The translations under genes and the position numbers were made by a program. A stretch of DNA of 64,000 bases from an uncultured Alphaproteobacteria bacterium (lineage in GTDB: Bacteria; Pseudomonadota; Alphaproteobacteria; Rhizobiales; Xanthobacteraceae), in the NCBI GenBank assembly GCA_963785945.1, contig CAWAWU010000004.1:1054989-1118988 (forward strand), read 5' to 3'. Under the pieces are notes generated by a model, which was not told where the DNA came from, searched no databases, and saw nothing but the letters and a program-made list of their open reading frames with translations. Numbering within the stretch: position 1 is the stretch's first letter; every line of letters begins with the position of its first letter. This document shows, piece by piece, positions 1-9,661 of the stretch.

Positions 1-364
1 AGCGGCTATTCCCAGTCGATTTAGTAGCCCGGCGGCGTCACGATCCTCAGCGAAACGTGTGGTCCAATTCCGCCTTACCGGCTCTAAGCACACGGTGGGC
101 CCGGCGCGATCTCTCTCGTCACCGGCGCAACCCGACGACGTCATAAGCGTGCTTCGGCGATGATCCCGGCGACGCGGGAACGTTCCGGCGGGTGTTGGGG
201 ACTGATGCCAAACACTGCCTTGCACGAACCCTTCGGCGACCAGCGCGAGAGCGCGCGACAGTAAGGCGCAATAGCAAGGCGTCGTCGCAGCCGTTAATCT
301 CCAAAGCTATCGATTAGGCGCGGCAGCAGGGCTGCGTATAAAATATCGTCGACAGGAGGAGAGA

Positions 365-772
365 ATGCCCAACATCACAGGCGGCTGTCATTGCGGCGCG
401 ATCCGCTATCAAGTCGAGGGCGAACTCCTTGTTCACGCGCTGTGTCATTGCACCGATTGCAGGCGCCATGCCGGGGCACCGTTGGTCGGCTGGACGATGT
501 ACGCGGAGGACGCGGTCAAGGTGACGAAGGGAGAGCCCAAAGTATACGAATCTTCCGAACATGGCCGCCGGCATTTCTGCGCCAACTGCGGCACTGGCCT
601 GTTCTACATCAATGCAAATGTGATGCCCGGGATCATCGATATCCAGAGCGCGACCTATGACGATCCCGACGTTGTTCCGCCAATGGTGCATATCCAGGTC
701 GCAGACCGCATCGGCTGGATGGAGCGCGCGCACGAGTTGCCCGCCTTCGACCGGTATCCGCCGCAAAGCTAG
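365..772 (+). CDS. GFA family (glutathione-dependent formaldehyde-activating / CENP-V-like) protein
   Basis: GGCHCGAIRY, CHCTDCRR and RHFCANCG Zn-binding motifs; AGGAGGAG RBS. Confidence 0.9.
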   Translation: MPNITGGCHCGAIRYQVEGELLVHALCHCTDCRRHAGAPLVGWTMYAEDAVKVTKGEPKVYESSEHGRRHFCANCGTGLFYINANVMPGIIDIQSATYDDPDVVPPMVHIQVADRIGWMERAHELPAFDRYPPQS

Positions 773-1056
773 CGGCGCGGACATCAGAACTCCTCCCCCT
801 CCTTGTTCGTCCGCATCGCGCTCTCGATTTTTTCGCTGAACTCTGCGAACTGGTCAGCGCCGAGGTTCGCCGTCGCCGTCGAGCTTGCGAAGTATCCCGA
901 GCTTGGTCTGGGCGTCATCGGTCGCGTCGTCCGCGCGGACGCATATCGCGTTGCTGTTTGACAAGTTGAAGCAAACAATTGAGTGCGGCCGACGCTGACG
1001 CCATGACTTCGCCGTTACAGCAAAGCCGGTAGCGATACACTAAAGGCGCACGCTGC

Positions 1057-2247
1057 TCAGAGATGCGCGACGACGGCGAGCCGGCGCACGCCCTTGTTGC
1101 GGTAGGCGTCGAGGAAGGCGTTGTAGTCGCGGAACGAGACGCAACCGTTGGAGTCCCCGTTCGGGCCCAGCATGAAGGTATGCGCCAGCAGGCCCGATCG
1201 TCCGTAGATCGCTCCCTCACCGCCGACCGGGTTGAGTCGCAGCGCGGGGACGCCGTGAAACAGCGCCTCGCGCGGCTTGAGGTCGTACAGATGCGGCGGC
1301 GTCACGCCGCGCATCCGGATATTGGCGGAGCGCGGATCGTCGAGGCTGGAGCCGAGGCCGGAATGCGCTTCGAGCTTGGTGCCGTCGGGCAGATACACCA
1401 TGTGCGCGGAGATATCGTACACCGCGGTCTGGCGATCGTAGAGCCCGCCGGTGCCGACGGAGGCGATGTTCTGGCTGGCGGGCCCGAGCGACGACGTGCT
1501 GCTGACATCGGCCGACGCATAAGCCAGCGCCGATCCCGAATTGGATACCGATGATTCAAATTTGCCGAACAGCCGCTCGAAGATCGTCGGCGGTTTCGCC
1601 GGCGCTTCGGGCTTGTCGTTCGAGGCGACCGACATCACGGCGGCCTTGGCGCGCTGCGCCATGTCGCGAACGGTGGCACCGGCGCCCTTGCGCGCTTCCG
1701 CCGGACGCGACGCCGGCATCGGCACGGCATCGGCGACCTTGCGTTCGGGTGCGGCTGCCGGCGACGGCGTGACGGGTGCGAGGGCTGCGACCTGGCGCTC
1801 CGGCTGCTGCGGCGGCGGTGAAACGGCCTGGGGTGCCGCGGCGATCGCCTGCGGCGCGCTGGCGACAGCCTGCGGCGCGGCGGCGACGGATTGCGGGGCT
1901 GCCGCGGCGAAGCGGTCCGCGAACGAGAATGACGGGCCCTCCGCAACGACGGCGGGCGCGGATATCACCGGCGGCGATTCAACCACGATCGAAGTGTTGG
2001 AGGCAGCGAGCACGGTTCGAACCGGCGCCGGAGCGTGCTTGATCACCGCGACGTCGAAATTGCCCGCGGACGGATAGATACCGGCGGCGAAAACATTGGT
2101 GTAGACTGTCCACGCACAGCCGACGACGAGACAGGCGACTGCGGCGCTGCCTAGAAAGCCATAGGGGACGACCGCCTTGCGGGAAAAATCTCTGGGAGTT
2201 TGGGCTGCGAAGTCATAACACGCACTGATACTGGTACTGGTACTCAT
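1057..2247 (-). CDS. DUF2778/Tlde1-like L,D-transpeptidase-fold protein with N-terminal TM segment and Ala/Pro-rich linker
   Basis: C-terminal LEAHSGLG...GRSGLLAH...GDSNGCVSF (His...SxGC catalytic signature); hydrophobic N-terminal segment. Confidence 0.8.
   Translation of the reverse strand: MSTSTSISACYDFAAQTPRDFSRKAVVPYGFLGSAAVACLVVGCAWTVYTNVFAAGIYPSAGNFDVAVIKHAPAPVRTVLAASNTSIVVESPPVISAPAVVAEGPSFSFADRFAAAAPQSVAAAPQAVASAPQAIAAAPQAVSPPPQQPERQVAALAPVTPSPAAAPERKVADAVPMPASRPAEARKGAGATVRDMAQRAKAAVMSVASNDKPEAPAKPPTIFERLFGKFESSVSNSGSALAYASADVSSTSSLGPASQNIASVGTGGLYDRQTAVYDISAHMVYLPDGTKLEAHSGLGSSLDDPRSANIRMRGVTPPHLYDLKPREALFHGVPALRLNPVGGEGAIYGRSGLLAHTFMLGPNGDSNGCVSFRDYNAFLDAYRNKGVRRLAVVAHL
1822..1905 (-). 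repeat. Intragenic tandem 21-nt repeat (about 4 copies of AAAPQ[S/A][V/I])
   Basis: Translation AAAPQSV-AAAPQAV-ASAPQAI-AAAPQAV. Confidence 0.75.
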
Positions 2248-2414
2248 ACGCCTTGCATCCAGACTGGTTCCACCTTGTTCCCCTTCCAGGCTGAGTCCGA
2301 AAGTCTGCAAACCGGCGGCAGTTTCGAACGCAAACCTGCGCGTGAACCGCCACCGTCAAAAAGTTCCGGAGGTCCATCTCGCAGAGGCGCGGAGCGTCAT
2401 TAAGGCGACTTTTA

Positions 2415-2430
2415 GTTAAATGCGGATTAA
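2415..2430 (-). promoter_or_regulatory. CtrA-binding box upstream of the DUF2778 gene
   Basis: Minus strand reads TTAA-tccgcat-TTAAC, an exact match to TTAA-N7-TTAAC. Confidence 0.65.
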
Positions 2431-2536
2431 GTAACGGCGCTTGTTGGGCATGGTTAATTTGTCCCGTCGCGGGACAGGTTGCGGAATTTCAGCCATGGAT
2501 AAAAGAACTTAACGTGTTCAATAATTGGGCTTCAGT

Positions 2537-3241
2537 TCAATAATTGAGCTTCGGATACCAGTCTTTGCCGCGTCCCTCCGGCGTCACATCGAGAATGGTC
2601 CAAAGCGGCATCAGATCCGGCGCCCCACGCGGATCCTGGCCCGGATCGGCCGAAGCGCCGTTCATCTCGCCGCCCCAGAAATGCCTGATTTGACCGTCTT
2701 TCCGCGTAAACACGTTGAACGCCGCATCATCGCCCCCTTCTTCGGTGATCGCGTGATAGTCGCGGCTAAATTCGCCGGTCAGATCCGAATACAGCGGCAG
2801 ATAGTGCCAGCCGCGTTCGCGCTTGAAGGCGGTCAGCCGCGCGATCGGCGAGCGCGCGACCACCGCCAGCGCAACACGCTGCATGATGTCAGGCACTTCG
2901 CCATCCCACGCCGACAGCAATGACGTGCACATCGGACACGGCCGCTCGCGCTGCGGGCCGAACATGTAGCTGTAGACGACGAGCGTCGTCTTGCCGCCGA
3001 ACATGTCAGCGAAAGACGCCGGCCCCTGCTCGCCTTCGAACGCGTAGCTCTTGATGACTTCGCCGCCGGGCGGCAGCGCACGGCGCTGTTCCGCGACCCG
3101 CTCGATGTGGCGGCGCAGCTCGATCTCCTCGATCAACAGCGCCTCGCGGGCGCGGCGGTATTCGGCGCTCTCGTTGGGAAAGCGCATGCCCGCGGCGCGG
3201 GCCAGCTCGGCGGCGGGTTTCAAAGCGGCGGATCGGCTCAT
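2537..3241 (-). CDS. DUF899 family thioredoxin-like protein
   Basis: RRALPPGG, YSYMFGP...PCPMCTS, ILDVTPEGR motifs. Confidence 0.9.
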   Translation of the reverse strand: MSRSAALKPAAELARAAGMRFPNESAEYRRAREALLIEEIELRRHIERVAEQRRALPPGGEVIKSYAFEGEQGPASFADMFGGKTTLVVYSYMFGPQRERPCPMCTSLLSAWDGEVPDIMQRVALAVVARSPIARLTAFKRERGWHYLPLYSDLTGEFSRDYHAITEEGGDDAAFNVFTRKDGQIRHFWGGEMNGASADPGQDPRGAPDLMPLWTILDVTPEGRGKDWYPKLNY

Positions 3242-3317
3242 GGCGTAACCTCCTGAAAAGGGTTCCCGCTACAAGACGTTTCAGGGGGCGCGGAACAGAC
3301 AGGCGGCAGGGAATATT

Positions 3318-4820
3318 TTATTCCAGCTCCGGTGGCGGGGAGCGATCGAGCACGTCGCGTTTGGCGCCGTCGACCAGATCGAGCCCGTAGGTTTCGATGG
3401 TCAGCGGTCCGCGTTTGCGCGGCACCTCGGCGACCCGCTCGATATGCGAAAAGGTCTGGTCGAGATATGCCGGCACGCCGGAGCGGACCTCATCGACATA
3501 GAGCAGCTTGCCGGACAACTGCGCGGGATCCGGCTCGGGCATATTGACCCAGCGGATGCGTTGGGTCGGCTGCACCACGCAGGTGCCCTTGGGCAGATAA
3601 AACGCAAGCCAGCCGGTGGTGCCGTAATCCGGCGCCAGCACGCAAGCCGCCCCGACGCGCGCGCGAACCGCCTCGATCTCACCGGCCAATTCGCGCCAGC
3701 CGACGCCGACGCTGCGCACGGTGGCGTCGCGGCGATAGCCCGACAGCACGCCGGTGTTGGCCTGCGCGATCAGCAGGACAAACATCAGCACGCCCGAGGG
3801 CGCGGCCCAACGCAGGCAGAAATCGGCAAGGCGCTGCCCTCGCTTATCCCATGGCGTCACATGCGCGGCGACCGCGGCCGCGATCGCGAAGGCCGGATAA
3901 ACCGGAGCGAACCAGTTGGCCTCGACGCGGGCATGCAGCGAATGCCAGACGAAATACAGCACGATGGTCCAGAACGTCGCGCTGACCAATGCGCGCGCCG
4001 CCAGCGCACCGGAATTGCGCCGAAACAATGCATAGAGCCCCATCGAGCCGAGGATCCAGACCAGCGGCGTCGCGAACGCAATCTGGGTCGGGATCAATTC
4101 GGCGATGAAGGCCGGCCTGAAATCCTCGATGCGGGCGCGGCCGATCTGCTTGATGAAGGAGACCCAGTGGTGATCGGCATTCCAGAGAATGACCGGCGCG
4201 AAAATCGCGAACGCGACGAGCCCGCCGAGATAGGGCCAACACGATGCGAACCAGCGCCGCAATTTGGGAACGGCCACGAGCCAGATCAGGATCGCCGGGC
4301 CGAAAAACATCGCGGTGTATTTCGACAACAACGCGGCCCCGACCGCAGCGCCGACCGCAAGCCACCACGCGCCGCGCCCGGTCTCCAGCACCTTGGCGAG
4401 AAAAAACAGCACAAAGCTTGCGGCCACCAGCAGCGGCGCGTCCGGCGTCACGATCATGGTGCCGACCGCCGCCATCAGGGTGACGTTGAGCAGAATGGCC
4501 GCGGACGCGGCCACCCGCCGGCCGCCGAACAGCATCTCGGCGGAGCGATACACCGCCCAGCTCATCGGCAGCGCCAGCAGGATCGAGACCAGCCGCACCC
4601 CGAGTTCGGTGTCGCCGGCGAGCATGGTGCCGAGCCGGATCACCACGGCCACCATCGGCGGGTGATCGTAATAGCCGCCGGCCAGATGCTTCGACCACAT
4701 CCAGTAATAGGCTTCGTCGAAGGTCAGCGGCGTGAGCGCAGCCGCGCCGAGCCGCAACACCACCAGCGCCAGAACAGTCAGCGCCGTGGTGCGGGCGAGC
4801 CGCGCATCCTGCGGGCTCAT
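3318..4820 (-). CDS. GT-C membrane glycosyltransferase (GT39/ArnT-like)
   Basis: DEAYYW...GYYDHPPM motif, TPDAPL, LLSKY, many TM helices. Confidence 0.9.
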   Translation of the reverse strand: MSPQDARLARTTALTVLALVVLRLGAAALTPLTFDEAYYWMWSKHLAGGYYDHPPMVAVVIRLGTMLAGDTELGVRLVSILLALPMSWAVYRSAEMLFGGRRVAASAAILLNVTLMAAVGTMIVTPDAPLLVAASFVLFFLAKVLETGRGAWWLAVGAAVGAALLSKYTAMFFGPAILIWLVAVPKLRRWFASCWPYLGGLVAFAIFAPVILWNADHHWVSFIKQIGRARIEDFRPAFIAELIPTQIAFATPLVWILGSMGLYALFRRNSGALAARALVSATFWTIVLYFVWHSLHARVEANWFAPVYPAFAIAAAVAAHVTPWDKRGQRLADFCLRWAAPSGVLMFVLLIAQANTGVLSGYRRDATVRSVGVGWRELAGEIEAVRARVGAACVLAPDYGTTGWLAFYLPKGTCVVQPTQRIRWVNMPEPDPAQLSGKLLYVDEVRSGVPAYLDQTFSHIERVAEVPRKRGPLTIETYGLDLVDGAKRDVLDRSPPPELE

Positions 4821-4827
4821 GGCAGCA

Positions 4828-5961
4828 TCATCGCTTGCGCCAGACGAACAGTCCGGACATTGCGTAGTTCCACACCACGCCCATCAGCGCGCCGGCCGCA
4901 CCCGCAAGCCACCAGATCGGCTCCTGCGCATAGACCGAGAACGCGACGCCGACATTGGCGGCCAAGCCAACGCCGCACACGATATAAAACAGCACCAGGC
5001 CGCGCAGGATCGCAAAACCCTTCAGCCGCTGGTCGCGATAGGTGAGAAAGTTGTTGAGCACGAAATTGCTGGTCATCGCCAGCACCGCGCCGCAGCCCTG
5101 GGCCACCGCGAACGGCTGTTGAAAACCCTTCAGCACGACGTACAGCGTCGCAAAGTGCACGAACACGCCGATCGACCCGACCATCGCGAACAGCAGGAAG
5201 CGCAGCGACACCACGTCGTGGGTCAGCTTCGCCAGCACCAGCCCTAAGAAATCCAGCGCCACCATGGAATCGAGCTTGCTTTCGCCATGCAGCCGCGAAC
5301 CGAAGCTATAGGGGATTTCCCGGACCCGCAATTCGCCGCGCGCGGTGGCGATGACATCGAGCAGAATCTTGAAGCCCTGGGTCGAGAGTTGCGGCGCCAG
5401 TTGTTCGAAGCGATCGCGGCGGATCATGAAGAAGCCGCTCATGGGATCGGCGATCTTGACCCGCAGCACACGCTTGGCGACCTCGGTCGCGAGCGCGCTG
5501 GCGCCGGCGCGGCCCTTGTTGAAACTATCGGCGCTGCCGCCTTCGATGTAGCGGCTGCCGACCACGAGATCGACTTCGCCGGCCTGCAGCAACGCCAGCA
5601 TCTTCGGCAGCTGGGCCTCGTCATGCTGCAGATCGGCATCCATCACCGCCGCGCACGGCGCGCTGGAGGCCAGGATACCTTCGATGCAGGCGCCGGACAG
5701 GCCACGCCGTCCGATCCGCCGGATGCAGCGCACGCGGCTATCCTGGCGCGCCAGGTCGCGCACGACGTCCCAGGTGCCGTCGGGGGAATTGTCGTCGACA
5801 AAGACGACCTCCCAGGCCAGGCCCGCGAGTGCGGTTTCCAGCTTGCGGAACAGCGCGGTGACGTTGTCGCGCTCGTTAAAGGTGGGAACGACGACCGACA
5901 ACTGCGGCGCAAGGGCTGCCTGCGGCGGGGTTTCGGGGCCCGGTCTGATGGCTTGATTCAT
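4828..5961 (-). CDS. GT2 polyprenol-phosphate glycosyltransferase fused to a GtrA-like flippase domain
   Basis: VVVPTFNE, VDDNSPDGT, MDADLQH, GESKL; four C-terminal TM helices with SNFVLNN...YRD. Confidence 0.9.
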   Translation of the reverse strand: MNQAIRPGPETPPQAALAPQLSVVVPTFNERDNVTALFRKLETALAGLAWEVVFVDDNSPDGTWDVVRDLARQDSRVRCIRRIGRRGLSGACIEGILASSAPCAAVMDADLQHDEAQLPKMLALLQAGEVDLVVGSRYIEGGSADSFNKGRAGASALATEVAKRVLRVKIADPMSGFFMIRRDRFEQLAPQLSTQGFKILLDVIATARGELRVREIPYSFGSRLHGESKLDSMVALDFLGLVLAKLTHDVVSLRFLLFAMVGSIGVFVHFATLYVVLKGFQQPFAVAQGCGAVLAMTSNFVLNNFLTYRDQRLKGFAILRGLVLFYIVCGVGLAANVGVAFSVYAQEPIWWLAGAAGALMGVVWNYAMSGLFVWRKR

Positions 5962-6229
5962 GCCGCCAGCGTATATCTGCAGCCCCCCTCGCTGCCAAGG
6001 CGCGGCAACGCCAAGGCGGGCCCAGCGGGTCGAAAACGGGGGGTAAGGGAGCTCGAAACAGGCCAAAAGGGCCCAAAAATGCCAACGACCACGAACAGAG
6101 GGCGCGCGTACATCCGGCGCAACCGAGCTATTCCGTGGTCGTCCCAGCGCCGGAGCTATTAAGCATCAACGTCGCCGTTGGAAAGTAGATAGGGACGCCC
6201 GGCGCGTTCCGCAAGGGGGCGCCGTCGCC

Positions 6230-6586
6230 TTACTTCGACGCTTGCTTGTGCTTGATGAAGGCCGTCACGACGTCCTTTTGCGCCATCGCGATGGCCTTGT
6301 TGGCCGTCGTCATGTGATCTCCCGCATCGACGTTGGGAAATTGCCGCGAGAGATAATCGACCAGCGACACCCGGAAATTCTGCCGCTCGGAGGAACAGAT
6401 ATCGGCGATGTGACTGGTGAAATCGGAGCCCGACATGTTCTTGTTGCTGTCCTGCGAATATTCCTGGGCAAGGCAGTTCCAGTAGGTATCGCGTCCCATG
6501 ATTGCCTGCCGGTGGGCATCGTCCATCTCGTCAGCGATCGCGCCTGAAGCGCTCAACATCAAAGCCGCCACGATAAGTATCCGCAT
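6230..6586 (-). CDS. Hypothetical exported protein
   Basis: Signal peptide MRILIVAALMLSASGAIA; AGGAGA RBS; two Cys. Confidence 0.7.
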   Translation of the reverse strand: MRILIVAALMLSASGAIADEMDDAHRQAIMGRDTYWNCLAQEYSQDSNKNMSGSDFTSHIADICSSERQNFRVSLVDYLSRQFPNVDAGDHMTTANKAIAMAQKDVVTAFIKHKQASK

Positions 6587-6756
6587 CCTGTTCTCCTTTT
6601 TGCCGCACCCTATCCGGAACTCGCGCGGCGCGTAAGGTAGGCGGCGGTTGTTTCACGGGCTTTCACAGGAACCTGACTGCGACCTTACGAACATTTCATC
6701 GTCAGATTCTGTTGGTTATATTCGGTCTGGCACTACCTTTAGGGCAGGAGGAAGCC

Positions 6757-6936
6757 ATGAAGCAGTCCGATCATTTCCGCGAAAACGCCGACAATTGTCA
6801 GCGTCTGGCGGAACGCGCTACCGATCATCCGACCTATCTGCGCTACAAGCGCATGGAAGACGCCTGGCTATCACTGGCCGACGAGCAGGATTGGCTCGAC
6901 GGTGAAACGCCGCCGGCGACGATCGCAGTGACCTGA
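6757..6936 (+). CDS. Small hypothetical protein (rhizobial MKQSD.FRENA.NC type)
   Basis: Strong AGGAGG RBS; helical LA.EQDWLDG motif typical of small Bradyrhizobium proteins. Confidence 0.7.
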   Translation: MKQSDHFRENADNCQRLAERATDHPTYLRYKRMEDAWLSLADEQDWLDGETPPATIAVT

Positions 6937-7069
6937 ACGGCTGGCGCCGGCTGCCATTGCGGCGTGCGATAATCGAGACGCGCGAGGCTATCCATTTTGT
7001 TTGGCGTCGACCGGCTTGGAGATTCGCCGCTTGCTGCGGAAGTCCACGAGCAACGACATTCAAAATTCG

Positions 7070-7186
7070 CCCCTGACGCCGGAACTCGTCATCTCTGCCG
7101 TCCGGCCGGTGATCGCACTCCCATATCTCATGGGCACGCTGACGGATCCGATCTTCGGTAGTTTTTCCATGATACGCCTCGGCCAT
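7070..7186 (-). pseudogene. DUF2934 domain gene remnant
   Basis: EDRIRQRAHEIWE.DHRPDGRDDEF matches DUF2934, but the expected Trp after DEF is lost and the sequence then degenerates. Confidence 0.5.
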
Positions 7187-7333
7187 TGAACGGACGAACA
7201 CGACCCGCTTGCGGGATTTCTTCCGTCGAATGCTACAGCGCGGACGCATCACGCGACCAACTGGTCAATCGCGGCCGATTTGATTAGGCTCGCCCCCGGC
7301 AATCCCACCTCTCTCCAGCGAACGAGCCCGCAC

Positions 7334-8155
7334 GTGAGCAAGACCCCGAAGGCCGCCGCAAAGACCGGCAACATCTATATCGGCATCGGCGGCTGGACCT
7401 TTGCGCCGTGGCGCGGGGTGTTCTATCCGGAGAAGCTGACGCAGGCGAAGGAACTGGAATATGCCGCTTCGAAACTAACCTCGATCGAGATCAACGGCAC
7501 CTATTACGGCTCGCAGAAGCCGGAGAGCTTTCGCAAATGGGCCCGCGAGGTGCCGGACGGCTTTGTGTTCTCGCTGAAGGGACCGCGCTTCGCCACCAAC
7601 CGGCGGGTGCTGGCCGAAGCCGGCGATTCCGTAAAGCGGTTTTATGATTCCGGCGTGCTCGAACTGGGCGATCGGCTCGGTCCGGTGCTGTGGCAGTTCG
7701 CGCCGACCAAGAAGTTCGACGGAGCCGACTTCGGCAAATTTCTCGAATTGCTGCCGCGCAAGCTTGAAGGCCGCGCGCTGCGTCATGTGGTGGAAGTGCG
7801 CCACGACAGTTTCTGCACGCCCGATTTCATCGCGCTGCTGCGCCAGTTCGAAACGCCTGTGGTGTTCGCCGAGCACGGTAAATATCCGGCAATTGCGGAT
7901 ATCGCGAGCGATTTCGTCTATGCGCGGCTGCAGAAGGGCGATGACGAGTTGAAAACCTGCTATCCGCCCAAGCAACTCGACGCCTGGGCCAAGCGGTTTC
8001 AGGCCTGGGCCGAAGGCGGCGAGCCTGACGACCTTCCGCGCGTTGACAAAACAGCGCCAAAGAAGACGCCGCGCGACGTCTTCGCTTACGTGATCCACGA
8101 AGGCAAGGTGCGCGCACCGGCCGGCGCGATGGAATTGATCGAACGCGTGAAATGA
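7334..8155 (+). CDS. DUF72 domain protein (YecE-like TIM barrel)
   Basis: IGIGGW, IEINGTYY, LGPVLWQF, EVRH, YARLQ motifs. Confidence 0.9.
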   Translation: MSKTPKAAAKTGNIYIGIGGWTFAPWRGVFYPEKLTQAKELEYAASKLTSIEINGTYYGSQKPESFRKWAREVPDGFVFSLKGPRFATNRRVLAEAGDSVKRFYDSGVLELGDRLGPVLWQFAPTKKFDGADFGKFLELLPRKLEGRALRHVVEVRHDSFCTPDFIALLRQFETPVVFAEHGKYPAIADIASDFVYARLQKGDDELKTCYPPKQLDAWAKRFQAWAEGGEPDDLPRVDKTAPKKTPRDVFAYVIHEGKVRAPAGAMELIERVK

Positions 8156-8184
8156 GCGTGATCCCGAAATAGTCGGAGGCCGCG

Positions 8185-8646
8185 ATGGCCAAGGCCAAAA
8201 AGCTCTTCACCATCGGCTACGAGCAGACACCCGCAAAATCCGTGCTCGACGAACTCGAAGCCGCCGGCGTCAAGCTGCTGGTCGATGTGCGCGCGGTGGC
8301 ATCGTCGCGCCGCCCCGGCTTTTCCAAGAACCAGTTGGCCGCCGGGCTCGACGAGCGCGGCATTTCCTACCTGCATCTGCGCGGCCTGGGCACGCCGAAG
8401 AGCGGCCGCGAGGCGGCGCGCAGCGGCAATTTCGGCGTGCTGCACAAGATCTATGCCGCGCATCTGAAGACGGCGCAGGCCAGGGAAGAACTGGACGAGC
8501 TGTCGGCGCTGGTGAAGAAATCCGGCCCGGTTTGCATTCTCTGCTACGAGCGCGATCACGCCCATTGCCACCGGCAATGGATCGCCGAGATCATCGAAGA
8601 CCGCGACGGGGTGAAGATCGAGAATTTGGTCGCGCCACAGCTATAG
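8185..8646 (+). CDS. DUF488 family protein
   Basis: FTIGYE, LVDVRAVASSRRPGFSK, LCYERDHAHCHR. Confidence 0.9.
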   Translation: MAKAKKLFTIGYEQTPAKSVLDELEAAGVKLLVDVRAVASSRRPGFSKNQLAAGLDERGISYLHLRGLGTPKSGREAARSGNFGVLHKIYAAHLKTAQAREELDELSALVKKSGPVCILCYERDHAHCHRQWIAEIIEDRDGVKIENLVAPQL

Positions 8647-8672
8647 TCGTTGCGACGGAGAGGAAGCTTCCC

Positions 8673-9587
8673 CTACTCCGCTCCCGCCAGCCGAAACGTT
8701 CCTTCCATCATCGGCACGCAGCGGCCACCGACATGGGCTGACACGATTGCGCCGGCCTGCTTGCGGATTCGCGTCAGCAACAGGCTCGGACGTCCCATAT
8801 CGACGCCCTGCCCGATACGCAGCGACAATTCGGCATTCTGCTCGCCGGACAAGTCAGCCAGCAGTGCCGCAGCCGCGGCGGTGGCGCTCCCGGTGGCGGG
8901 GTCTTCGGAGAGACCGCTCGATCCCGGATGAAACATCCGCGCCTGCAGATCGCACGGCTTCTCGTTCGGCGGCACGTCACGGGTATAGAAATAGACCGCA
9001 TCGCTGTCGTCGCATGGAAACATCCGCGCAAACGCCGCCGCGTCCGGTTTCGCGCGCCGCAACGCCTCCCGCGTCGCCACTTCCATCACCAGAAACGGCA
9101 GCCCGACCGAGACGATCTGCGGCGGGTGCCGATCGGTTTTGATATCGGCTGCCGACAGCGAGGCGCAGGCCGCCGCCTGTTCGGCGCTGAACTGCGTGAG
9201 GCGCTTCAGCGGTTGCGGCGCGGTGAGTTCGGCGCCGACGGGTTGGCCATCCTGCGCGAGGATTTCGACCGGCACGAGGCCGGCCTTCTCCTCAAACAAC
9301 AGCCGCGCCGGCGGCTTGCCGGCCTGCGCCGCCAGCACAAAGGCTGTGCCGACATTGGGATGCCCGGCGAACGGGATTTCCGATCGCACGGTGAAGATGC
9401 GGACCTGCGCGTCATGCGCGGCATTCTGCGGCGGCAGAACAAAGGTCGTCTCGGAATAATTGAACTCGGTCGCGATCGCCTGCATCTGCGCGGTCGAGAG
9501 CCCGGCGGCGTCGAGGACCACGGCGAGCGGATTGCCGCCAAAAGCGCGATCGGTGAAAACGTCCACGGTGATGTAACGTCGCTGCAT
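8673..9587 (-). CDS. PhzF family isomerase
   Basis: VDVFT...GGNPLAV, NYSETTF, EIPFAGHP, EDPATGSA, QGVDMGRPS. Confidence 0.92.
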   Translation of the reverse strand: MQRRYITVDVFTDRAFGGNPLAVVLDAAGLSTAQMQAIATEFNYSETTFVLPPQNAAHDAQVRIFTVRSEIPFAGHPNVGTAFVLAAQAGKPPARLLFEEKAGLVPVEILAQDGQPVGAELTAPQPLKRLTQFSAEQAAACASLSAADIKTDRHPPQIVSVGLPFLVMEVATREALRRAKPDAAAFARMFPCDDSDAVYFYTRDVPPNEKPCDLQARMFHPGSSGLSEDPATGSATAAAAALLADLSGEQNAELSLRIGQGVDMGRPSLLLTRIRKQAGAIVSAHVGGRCVPMMEGTFRLAGAE

Positions 9588-9661
9588 CTGATGGCCTCCG
9601 AATTTTGGAAAAACAGTGCATGCGCGGATCGGCCCGTCAAGCGCGGGATGGATCTGGTGTT

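Noticed and set aside
1-310. Possible 6S RNA or glycine/cobalamin riboswitch
   Set aside because: No diagnostic conserved motifs found on either strand; kept only as an unspecified leader candidate
784-1005. Short minus-strand ORF pieces (..ADQFAEFSEKIESAMRTNKEGEEF)
   Set aside because: May be a decayed small gene, but no recognisable family and no clear start; not supportable
3444-5045. Long antisense ORFs (533 aa here; likewise 37549-39405, 35557-36837, 62419-63930 and others)
   Set aside because: Shadow frames opposite well-supported genes, expected in high-GC DNA; Arg/Ala-rich with no motifs
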